From the IMG/VR virus record IMGVR_UViG_3300032323_001800, positions 123,930-187,929 of that record: a stretch of DNA of 64,000 bases; one strand, given 5' to 3'. Made by a program: the position numbers and the translations under genes. Source of the DNA: a virus. Of this stretch, positions 1 through 10,700 are shown one piece after another (the stretch's first letter is position 1; every line of letters starts with the position of its first letter). The notes under the pieces were generated by a model. It made no database searches and had not been told where the DNA came from. It worked only from the letters and a program-made list of their open reading frames with translations.

Positions 1-3000
1 ACAGCTGCAGGTGATATTACAATTAATACACCTGCAGGATCAACCGTTTATAATTCTAAAATTGTTGTAGATGATATTGATATTGAACAAAATATCATAT
101 CCACTAATGTTACAAATCAAAATTTAGAAATACGCACCAGCGGCACAGGTCAAGTTGAAATATACGCCAATACCTTAGTTGATGGCAATTTACATGTGAC
201 TGGAAATATTACCGCAGACGGTGATATTCAAATCGGTGACGCTAACACTGATTCTGTAACATTTAACGCAGACGTTTCTAGTAATTTAATCCCCAATGTT
301 AATGAATTATACAGCCTAGGTAGCAATCCTAGTACCGGTGGCAAACGTTGGAAAGACTTATGGGTTGAAACTATCTACAGTGATGCTATAGATACAGGAA
401 CTGCCATAATTGACGGCATCGATATCGGATTAAATCAAGGAAATATTATCTATGTTGCTGCTAACGGAGATGATCTTTATAGCGGCACACATCAAAACGA
501 TCCGTTCGCTACAATAACCAAAGCACTGAGTATAGCAACTTCCGGTGATACCGTGTTTATCTATCCAGGAACTTATACAGAAATCTTTCCAATGACTGTT
601 CCTGTGGGTGTTACTGTTAAAGGTGCCGGACTACGATCAGTACTGATTGTTCCTACAGTGGGAACTAACGATAACAACGCATTTTTACTCAACGGAGAAA
701 CTACTGTTGAGGATGTAACTATAGCAGATTTCTTTTACGACAGCATAAACGATACCGGGTATGCTTTTAGCTTTGCTAACAACTTTACTGTATCTACTAG
801 AAGTCCCTATGTTAGAAATATTTCTGTACTAACCAAAGGCAGTGTTACCAGTCCTAGCGATCCTTTGGGATTTGATCAAGGCGATGCAGGCCGCGGAGCA
901 AAAGCAGATGGTAGTTTAGCCAATGCTTCTAGCAACGAAGCCAGCATGTTGTTTAATTCAGTAACATTTATCTGTCCAGCTGCAGATGCCCTAATAGGAA
1001 CTAACGGTGTTAGAATTGAATGGTTAAATTCATTTACCTATTATGCAAATAAAGGTATGTACCTACTCAGCGGATCTAGTGGGTTTGCTGGCAACGGTAA
1101 AACAAAAATAAAAATATCATCTAGATCCGGAGCATGGGCCATAGGAAACACGATTACCTACTATGACACAGACGGAACTACTGTACTAGCATCGGGTGTA
1201 ATTGAAAGCATCGACGGTGATACGTTTATAATCGACGGAAAACAAGTTGGATTTGAACTGCCACAAGATCGTGCTGGCAAAACAGCAACAGTATTTGGCA
1301 ATGCTCAGTTAGATACCGGAATTAAAAAATTCGGAACTGCTAGTCTGCAGTTAGACGGCACAGGAGATTACGTTTCTTATGCCAGTCAGCCAGATTTTGA
1401 ATTTGGTACTGGTGATTTTACAATCGAACTTCAGTATTATCCAAACAACTTTTCAAACTTTAGAGTCTTATATGATCAAAGATCGTCGGCGCCCGATAAT
1501 GCTGCTTACATCGATGTTACTCCTTCGGGTACTGTAAGATACATTGTTGGAAGTTCTATAATTATTTCAACTTCGGTTCTAAGTTTAACAGCATGGAATC
1601 ATATTGCTGTTTCTAGACAATCCGGAACGACAAGATTGTTTATTAACGGAACTGTACAATCTACAACACTAAGTGATTCAACAGTCTATGCTCAACGAGG
1701 CATATATTTAGGTAGAGATTATCCCGGAAATGCTGCTTATTTTGTAAATGGCTATTTCGATGAAATTCGAATTACAAAAGGATCAGCAAGATATACCGGA
1801 ACATTTGTTCCACCGACTAATGCCTTTACTAGTGATAGTTCGACTGTTCTATTATTGCACTTTAACGGAGCAGATGGTTCAACTGTAATTACAGACGACG
1901 GAATTGGCACACAGGATTTAAGAACATCAGTAGGCGGCACTGCTTCAGCAATAGACTTTGCTGATTATTCTGAGTTTGGTGCAGAAGTTCGCAGTATTGG
2001 ATCAGCAGCAGTTTATGGAAACTATGGTATATACGGTGACGGTGACGGAGTAATTGCTTACCTTATAGGTCAAAATTTAGCCTACATTGGTAATGGTGGT
2101 GAATCTACAAACGATCCATCTACAGTTATACAAGCCAATGAGGTTGTAGAATTAAACAGAGCAAAAATTTATTATTCGTCAGTGGATCACAACGGTGATT
2201 TCCGTGTAGGCGATTTATTTTATGTTAATCAACAAACTGGTGAAGTTCAATTTTCTAATTCTAATATTAGTTTTAGTGGCGGTATTACATTCGACGACGG
2301 TGCTGGAAATGTTACTATAGTTGATAGTAATAAAGTTCAAACAGGAAATATTAGAATTAGTGGAAACACTATTGAAAGCTTAACTGGTGATGTTAATGTT
2401 CTTTCAGCTAGTGATGAAATTAATTTACAGAATAATGTTAATATTACCGGAGACTTAGATGTCACTGGAAATGTAACTATTGGTGGTAACATACAAATTG
2501 GCGACGCTAATACAGACTCTGTTAATATTGTTGCTAAAATTGACAGTGATTTAATCCCTAGAGTTACTGATACATACGATCTAGGAACACCTGCACTACG
2601 TTGGAAAACAGTTCATACTACTCAAGTTACAACTGATGCTATTGACATCAATGATAACAGAATTAGAACTATAAATTCTAATTCTGATTTGGAATTAGAA
2701 GCAGCAGGCACGGGTAGAATCTATGTGCCAAACAATAATGTACAAATTGATCAAAACTTAACTGTTAATACAACAACTAATTTACAAAATACTAATATAG
2801 TCGGTACTGTAAATCAAACAGGGGCGTATAATCAAACAGGCAATAGAACTCAAACAGGTAATCTAACAGTAACTGGAAATATTACTGTTACTGAAGCATT
2901 ACAATTTGAAGATATTAGAATTTCAGGTAATGTTTTAACAACTACGATCGGTAATAACGATCTAAGATTAGAAGCAGCCGGAACCGGCAGGATATATGTT

Positions 3001-3966
3001 CCGAGCGACAATGTACAAATTGATCGAAACTTAACAGTTACTGGTTTGACATCAACTAGTAATATTAACAATTCAAGTACTGTTACATCTGCAACATTTA
3101 GAACCAGCGATATTAGAATCAACGGAAATAGATTAGAAACTACTTTATCTAACAGCAATTTAGAACTTAGAGCAAACGGTACTGGTTATATTGTTCTTGA
3201 ACAATTTGATGTACAAGAAAATGAAATTAGATCGAACAGTAATAACGATATTACACTAACACCTAACGGTACCGGTATTGTTTCTATTAATTCTACACAG
3301 AGTTTAAAACTTCCTGTGGGTATAACATCAGAAAGACCACTAACACCGCAAGTGGGTATGGTTCGTTTTAATTCTGAGTTAAACAGATACGAAGGATTTA
3401 GTGCCAGCGGTTGGATTAAACTAGAAGGTGTAGGCGACCAAGATGAAAATACCTACATAACAGCAGAGCTAACTCCTGGGGCAAATGACAACACCATTAG
3501 ATTTTACACTAACGGATCGCTAGTAGCTGATTTAAATTCTACAAGATTAAACACAGTTAGAATTGATGTTGATGATATTAGTATAGACGGAAATACTATT
3601 TCTACAACCACAACAAATACTAATCTCGTGCTCCAACCTAACGGAACCGGATCTTTGGTAATTGGTAATTTTGCTATTCGTAGCAATACTATAACTAATA
3701 CCGTTGTTGATAGTATAACTACGTTTAATCAAATTGGAGACGGTTATTTTAAAATAGCTGGCGCGAACGGATTTGTTATTCCTAGTGGAACTGATTTACA
3801 AAGACCTGGTTTAGTTGATACTGGATTGATGAGATTTAATACTACAGATAGTCGAGTAGAAGTCTATGATGGCGTACAATGGGTATCAGCAGCAGGTTCC
3901 TCAGGCGGTATCAGCGTAGTTGATGCTGAAGATCTTTCGATTAGAAACGCATTAATATTTGGATAA
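1..3966 (+). CDS. Large tail fibre/virion appendage protein (5'-truncated) with right-handed beta-helix module, inserted LamG/ConA-like domain and beta-shaft repeats
   Basis: Frame is open from base 1 (TAAGDITINTPAG...), so the start lies left of the window and the 196 start is an artefact. Contains IYVAANGDD...PFATITKAL...PGTYTE (beta-helix entry), a LamG-like block (GTGDFTIE...WNHIAVSR...GYFDEIRIT), repeated I-x-x-N-x-I...L-x-L-x-x-x-G-T-G units and two G-x-x-RFN...E-x-[FY] tail-fibre motifs. Confidence 0.75.
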   Translation, partial: TAAGDITINTPAGSTVYNSKIVVDDIDIEQNIISTNVTNQNLEIRTSGTGQVEIYANTLVDGNLHVTGNITADGDIQIGDANTDSVTFNADVSSNLIPNVNELYSLGSNPSTGGKRWKDLWVETIYSDAIDTGTAIIDGIDIGLNQGNIIYVAANGDDLYSGTHQNDPFATITKALSIATSGDTVFIYPGTYTEIFPMTVPVGVTVKGAGLRSVLIVPTVGTNDNNAFLLNGETTVEDVTIADFFYDSINDTGYAFSFANNFTVSTRSPYVRNISVLTKGSVTSPSDPLGFDQGDAGRGAKADGSLANASSNEASMLFNSVTFICPAADALIGTNGVRIEWLNSFTYYANKGMYLLSGSSGFAGNGKTKIKISSRSGAWAIGNTITYYDTDGTTVLASGVIESIDGDTFIIDGKQVGFELPQDRAGKTATVFGNAQLDTGIKKFGTASLQLDGTGDYVSYASQPDFEFGTGDFTIELQYYPNNFSNFRVLYDQRSSAPDNAAYIDVTPSGTVRYIVGSSIIISTSVLSLTAWNHIAVSRQSGTTRLFINGTVQSTTLSDSTVYAQRGIYLGRDYPGNAAYFVNGYFDEIRITKGSARYTGTFVPPTNAFTSDSSTVLLLHFNGADGSTVITDDGIGTQDLRTSVGGTASAIDFADYSEFGAEVRSIGSAAVYGNYGIYGDGDGVIAYLIGQNLAYIGNGGESTNDPSTVIQANEVVELNRAKIYYSSVDHNGDFRVGDLFYVNQQTGEVQFSNSNISFSGGITFDDGAGNVTIVDSNKVQTGNIRISGNTIESLTGDVNVLSASDEINLQNNVNITGDLDVTGNVTIGGNIQIGDANTDSVNIVAKIDSDLIPRVTDTYDLGTPALRWKTVHTTQVTTDAIDINDNRIRTINSNSDLELEAAGTGRIYVPNNNVQIDQNLTVNTTTNLQNTNIVGTVNQTGAYNQTGNRTQTGNLTVTGNITVTEALQFEDIRISGNVLTTTIGNNDLRLEAAGTGRIYVPSDNVQIDRNLTVTGLTSTSNINNSSTVTSATFRTSDIRINGNRLETTLSNSNLELRANGTGYIVLEQFDVQENEIRSNSNNDITLTPNGTGIVSINSTQSLKLPVGITSERPLTPQVGMVRFNSELNRYEGFSASGWIKLEGVGDQDENTYITAELTPGANDNTIRFYTNGSLVADLNSTRLNTVRIDVDDISIDGNTISTTTTNTNLVLQPNGTGSLVIGNFAIRSNTITNTVVDSITTFNQIGDGYFKIAGANGFVIPSGTDLQRPGLVDTGLMRFNTTDSRVEVYDGVQWVSAAGSSGGISVVDAEDLSIRNALIFG

Positions 3967-3971
3967 AAATT

Positions 3972-4301
3972 ATGGCAACCTTTTTTAGAAACACAGTAGC
4001 AAAAGATATCGGCACAACGGCCAGGGAAGTTATTGAAACCGCAGACAATGCCAGAGTAACAGTGATTGGGTTGAGTCTAGCAAATACCACAGATTTTGTG
4101 ATATTCGCAGACATAGCCCTACAGAACGATACTAGTACAGAGGCCTATTATGCTAAGGGTATAATCATTCCTCCGAATTCCACGGCTAGAGTAGTAAATG
4201 GCGGAGAAAAATTGATTCTAACCAATTCAAACGTTTTAAAAATCACATCTAGCGCAGACGACTCTCTAGATGCTGTGATCAGTTACGTAGAGATCGTTTA
4301 A
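3972..4301 (+). CDS. Small beta-rich hypothetical protein, probably virion-associated
   Basis: 109-aa ORF co-oriented between two structural genes; no recognisable catalytic motif. Confidence 0.6.
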   Translation: MATFFRNTVAKDIGTTAREVIETADNARVTVIGLSLANTTDFVIFADIALQNDTSTEAYYAKGIIIPPNSTARVVNGGEKLILTNSNVLKITSSADDSLDAVISYVEIV

Positions 4302-4310
4302 GGAAAAATC

Positions 4311-4679
4311 ATGGCAACACATTATTTTGGAGTAACACCGCAGGATCTTTTAAATTATGGCGTAGGAGCAGCAAGATATTTCTATGGCCTAAGAAGAGAC
4401 GAAGAAGGAAATCTATATATAACCAAAGTTGATCAATTTACTGGACAAGATACTGTACAGATAAATTATCCAGGAGATGGCGATGAAGATTGGACATTTT
4501 TTGAAATGGGTGTAGATTTTCACGACGGTAGAGATAAAGATACACATGAACGGCCTTATGACAATTTGATATTTGATCAATATCGTTGGGACAGCAGAAG
4601 CATATCGTATTTTATCAATGAAAACGGGGAGTTAGTGGCTCGAATTAATCAGCCTTATACCTACCCTACAGACGTTTGA
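4311..4679 (+). CDS. Hypothetical protein, probably virion-associated
   Basis: 122-aa ORF with AAGGA Shine-Dalgarno upstream; in the structural cluster. Confidence 0.6.
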   Translation: MATHYFGVTPQDLLNYGVGAARYFYGLRRDEEGNLYITKVDQFTGQDTVQINYPGDGDEDWTFFEMGVDFHDGRDKDTHERPYDNLIFDQYRWDSRSISYFINENGELVARINQPYTYPTDV

Positions 4680-4685
4680 TAAATA
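4680..4685 (+). promoter_or_regulatory. T4-late-like promoter core TAAATA, leadered, upstream of the giant fibre gene
   Basis: TAAATA 39 nt before ATG 4725; AGGA SD at 4714-4717. Confidence 0.5.
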
Positions 4686-4724
4686 ATAGGTCACTATATT
4701 TTACTAGAAAAATAGGATTAAAAA

Positions 4725-7700
4725 ATGGCAGAATTTAAATTAGGTAGATTAAGATTTGTATGGAAAGGTAGCTGGGTTACTGGTACCACATACGTTAAAG
4801 ACGACATCGTAAAATACGGTGGTACAACATATGTTTGTGTATCGGGACATAATGCTAACGTCAATTTTGATGTTGATTTAACATCATCAAGATGGGAAAA
4901 ACAAACTGGCGGCCAAGAGTGGAAAACAGCCCCATGGACGATATCTACCATTTACAAAGAAGGTGATTTAGTAAAATATGGCGGTCGAGTTTATATTTGT
5001 ACAGATAATCATACAGCAAGCGCAACCGTAGCAGGTGGATTTTATTTAGATGAAACCGCTAATCGTTGGGACTTGTTTTCTGATGGTTCAGAATGGGTAG
5101 GCAATTGGCAAGTTAGTGAATATTATCGCATTGGCGATATTGTAAAATACAATGGTATTTCTTATATTTGCGTAGCTCCTCACACATCAGCAGCAACTAT
5201 TACTTTAGGGTTAGAAGCAGACTACGCCGACGACAGTACTACAAAGTGGGAAAAGTACGTAGAAGGATTTAAATATCGCGGTGAGTGGAACGGATCTAGT
5301 GATCCGCTTTCAAGAACATCAACTAGATATATTGTAAATGACGTTGTTAAATTTGGTGCTAGTCTTTACATATGCGTTGAAGCACATACAAGTAATGCTA
5401 CTGCGTTTGAAGAACTTAAATGGGATCTATTTGTAGCAGGTTTAGAATATGAAGATACTTGGTCAGCATTGACAGAATATCAAACTGGTGATATTGTTTC
5501 ATATGGTGGTTATGCGTATGTTGCAGTAAGAAGAAATACCTCACAAATCCCCCCAACCGCAACATCTGATTGGGATTTATTAACCACAGGTTTTAATAAT
5601 CGAGCAAGATATGTATCTTCTCAAAGTTATAAGGTAGGTGATTTAGTACAGTACGGCGGCAATGTCTTTGTTGCCTCTGTAGAAATAACATCAAACGAAA
5701 CCCCATACAGTGCTAATGCTAAGTGGTCAAAAATCATAGACGGTTTTAGATGGAACAATGATTGGGATTCAGCATTTGCTGAGACAAAATATAAAATTGG
5801 TGATGTGGTAAAATATGCGTCATCTACTTATATTTGTATTGACGAACATATACCTGCCGATGAAACTGTAATCACAATTACAAACACCACTACTGGCACA
5901 AATCATATTACTACTTCTGATAATACTTCTACACTAAATCCAGGTCAGCCAGTAAGCTTTTCTGGCACAGCATTTGGCGGTATCAACGCAACAATCGAGT
6001 ATTATGTTAAAACAGTAGTTAATGGTACAACATTTACTATATCTGAAATTAAAAGCGGTCCAACTAAGGTATTGAGTACTGCTTCTGGTTCATTGGCTAT
6101 GAGTTACAGCAACAGACCAGATACAGACAACGGTGACTTTTGGAATTCGTTGGCAGAAGGTGACGCTAACAACGTTCTAACACGTCGAGGAGATTTAGTA
6201 ACCCGCAATGCTATCCAAAACGTTAAGTTAGCCAAAGGTGCTGAAGGTACTGTATTAAAAGCAGGCGCAAGAGATTTACAATGGGGCAAAGTTGGCGACT
6301 TAACTAGAATTTTTTACGTATCCATTGACGGACAAGATGGTGTCGGCCGAGGAACTACTTGGGATGATCCGTGGAGAACCGTAAAATATGCCTGCGAATT
6401 TGTTCAAGCACAAGGATTTAATACTAGAGATACTCCAGTAACCATTAACATTAAAGCAGGTGTATATCAAGAAATATTTCCAATTAGTATTCCTAAATAC
6501 ACATCTTTAGTCGGTGACGAATTACGTATGAGTATTATAGAGCCGACAGCAGCAACGTCCGGCAATGACAAGTTCTACATGAGAGATAGTACCACAGTTC
6601 GAAACTTTACGTTCCGCGGAGCAACTGGTGCTAATTTACCAGACGGTACAACAGATACATTTACTGAACCTAATCAATATCTAACTAGACGCCCAACTGG
6701 CGGCCCATGGTGTTCATTAGATCCAGGAACCGGTCCAAACGACGAAAGTGTATGGGTAGGTGAGCGTTCTCCTTACATTCAGAACGTAACAACCTTTGGT
6801 GATTATGCAGTGGGTCAAAAAATTGACGGTGCTCTACACAACGGCGGTAATAAATCGATTACGTCTAACGACTTTACACAGGTTATGAGTGACTCTATTG
6901 GTGCTTGGTGTACCAATCAAGGTCGAGCAGAATTAGTTTCCGTATTTACATACTATGGTTATATCGGATACCTGTGCGAAAACGGCGGTGTTATTCGAGC
7001 TACAAACGGTAACTGTTCATATGGTTCGTTTGGTGCTGTATCTGAAGGTGTTGATCCTACAGAAATTTCTAGAACTGCTACTGTTGATAACCGAAGATTA
7101 AATGCTACAGTTGATAGAGTGCAGACTGACGGTAATCAAATTTTATATGTAGAATATTCAAACGCAGGTGAGGAATATACAACAGCAACATACGGTTTTA
7201 CAGGAACTGGTATATTTGACTCTGTTACCTCAATACCAGATATTGTTGACGGTGGTGTCTGCGAAGTTCGTATCGTTGATGACGGAAATGATTATCTATC
7301 TGTTCAGGGCAATGCACAAGCCGGAACTAACATAGATATTAGATTAGCGGCTGCTGATACAACTATTACAAACGGATATATTGGCGAACGAATAATTCTA
7401 ATCGACGGCCAGGGAGTTGGCCAATACGGATATATTACCAGCTTCGACGGTGGTTCTAAATTAGCCACAGTGGCTAGAGATACATTTGATACCCTAACAA
7501 TTACTAATACAACATCTAGCACAAACGTAGTTACAGTTGCTGATACAACATCACTTTTTGCCGATATGCCATTTACTGTAACAGGTACAGCGTTTGGTGG
7601 CCTTGATGTTGGAATACAATATTATGTCAAGGCAGTAGTTAATAGTGCAACATTTACAGTATATACTAACACATCTACCAAAGCAGCTATTACGTTATCA

Positions 7701-10700
7701 ACTAGTTCTGGTCTTTTAACCCTACATCAGTCAGGTTGGGATGTATTCATTAAAGACATTTCAGCATCAATTCAAACAATTTCTAAAGCAAATCCTGTCG
7801 TAGTTACTACAACAGTTGCTCATGAATTATCGACCGGCATGCTTGTATCGATATCCGGTGTAACTGGTATGACAGAAGTTAATGGTAATAGTTACTATAT
7901 TACTAAAACAGGTCCTACAACATTCGCGTTATATACGAATTTCAGTAGAACTAGTACTCTAGATGGCACCGGATTTACAACATATGTATCTGGCGGAACA
8001 GCCGTGGGCGAACAGGCAATTTGGGAATTTTTAAACACCACAACAAGATACGTAATTGAACCTAGAATTGTGTTTTCTACTGGTCAGGGAGCAAGTGCTA
8101 CCGCTGTTCAAACACCAGGTATTAATGAAATAGCTGTTTCAACAGGGGGTGGAGGATTTACAGTTCCACCAACAGTTATCATTTCCGGCGACGGAACACC
8201 AACAGGCGGCACTGGCGCAACTGCAACTGCGGCAATTTCTGGAGAAATAGAAAGCATAGTTGTGTCTAATGTTGGATCTGGTTATACATCTGCGCCAACG
8301 CTGAGGTTCGTAGGCGGCGGTTTAGCAAATAACAGCACCAATCATGCCGAAGCCACAGTAAGCATTACGAATACAATTAAAACTGTTGAGGTTACAGATG
8401 GGGGGTTAGGTTATACATCTCCGCCATCTGTATTAGTAACAGGCACCGGCGGCTCTGGAGCAATTCTCTCTGCACAAATTAGCCAGGTTGTTGGATCCAT
8501 AAATATTGGTGGTGGCGGCGGTTCAAATTATACTTCTCCTCCTACAGTAACAATTACAGGAGGCGAACCATTAATTTTTGCCGAAGCAAGAGCAGTTCTT
8601 TCAGCATCAGTAACTACTATTACTATGCAAGAAGGCGGCAGTGGTTATAATCCGAGTACTACATCGGTAACATTGTTTAGTACAGCTGGTTTCGGAGCAG
8701 CAGCAGAAGCCATTATTGATAACGGATTATGGGTAGATGGAGTTACACCTGGAATTGTTACAGGAATAAATGTTACGGCATCTGGATCAGGGTATTCAGT
8801 ACCACCGATTGTTATTATCAACGGTGTCGGAAGCGATGCTGCGGCTACTGCTAATATTTCTGGATCTGTAGCTAGTATCGAAGTTATCAATCCGGGTCGA
8901 GGATATCAAAGTGTTCCTAACGTTGCTATTTCAGGCGGTAACGGCGCAGGCGCAACCGGAACAGCATCTTTAACTGGCGCGGTGTTTAGTCTTACTGTGA
9001 TCGACGGCGGTCGCGGATGGATAGGAACACCTTCGATTGCGTTCAGTGGTGGCGGTGGTGTAAATGCTGCTGCTAATGTTACCGCTATGGATAGTGTTCT
9101 TGGAACAGTGGTTATTACTGATCCAGGATCTGGATATACTAGCAACCCTGCTGTATCATTAGTAGGCGGTGGCGGCACTGGCGGAATTTTAAGAACTCGA
9201 ATCAACGGAATTATTTCAACTATCACAGTAACCGATTCCGGTGGTAGTTACAGTTCTAGTCCTCAAATTACATTTGTTGGAGGAAATAAATTTAAAAGCT
9301 CGTTTGCTGGTTTAAGATATTTTGCTAATAGCAGCGGCCGAGTCGCTATTGGAATAACCCAGTCACTACAAACATTAGCAGCGATTGAACAAATTCGAAT
9401 TACTTCTAGAGCGGTAATTGCAAATACTGCCCCTGCAACGGTATATCAAACAGCGGTTGCTAGAGTTACAGCAGGTGGAGGATTCGTAACGCCAACTGGC
9501 ATTCAAGCAGCAGTTGATATTTGGGTTCGATCAGTTTATTATACTATCGAAAATGGTGAAAATCACACCGACCCTGCAAGCTTGTTGAGACTCAACAGAG
9601 AGTTTATTAGAAAAGAATTAATGGAATTTTGGGATGCTAACTACCCAACTATAGCTACATCGGTATGGTCTAGAGATGTGGGATTAATTGTTGATGCCAT
9701 TGCTTCTGATATTTCAACTAGAGGAGTAGAAAATTCTTTAAATGCTGCTATTAGTCAGGCATTCCTCGGAACTGCCAGAACAAATGGTGGAAATTTAGCA
9801 GCCGCTCAGGCAGGTATTGATTATATCATAGAACTAGCAGATGACATTATTCAAAATTCTATAATTCAACCTAGCGGCTCTACATTATTAACAGTTATTC
9901 CAGTAACTGCCACACAAATTACAACCAATCAAATCACTGTCGGTGATACTTCGACATTATCGGAGAATCAACCGATATTGTTTTTAGGTACAGTGTTTGG
10001 CGGATTAGTTGCTAATACTAGATATTATGTTAAGACCATTGTTAATAGTACTACGATTATAGTTTCATCTACAATCGGAGGAAATGCTGTAACATTAACG
10101 ACTGCTTCCGGTACTTGTTCCCTAAGCCAACAGGTAACTGACGAAGAATTATTATTGTCAGACGGAGCAGATGTTGCTGTTGCCAATTGCTTAGGTTTAA
10201 TTAGATTTATTGTTTCTACTGCAGCCAATGGCGTTGCTAATGCTTCAACATGGACAACTGCTGCTAATCTATTATTATCTAACAAAGATTTTATTAGAGC
10301 AGAAGTTATTACCTTTATTAACGCAACTTATATAGACTTTGATTATAATCAAGTATTGTGCGCTAGAGATGTCGGCTTAATAATTGATGCGGTAACATAC
10401 GATTTAGTTAAAGCTGTTTCTAATATTCCAGTAGTTACATCAACTACTACTGGAGTTATTTCGTCGATTACTGTTAATAACGGCGGACTTGGTTATAGTT
10501 ACGGTATGACAGTAAGCGTAGCAGTTGGTTCTTCAACAGTAAGAGCAACCGCAGTGCCGATTATTGATGAAATAACTGGAGCCATTACCTCATTTAGAAT
10601 GACCAATAAAGGTAAGGGTTATACAACAGTACCTTCTGTGACATTGACCCCAGACACTGGCACTGGAGCATTTGCTAGGGCACTAGTTATTGGATCGCAA

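Noticed and set aside
196-198. ORF-track start of the first gene, and the extended starts at 13973, 23372, 26034, 26823, 31254, 37440, 51866, 57962
   Set aside because: The first frame is open from base 1. The others have better starts downstream, supported by stop-start overlaps, SD or TAAATA spacing.
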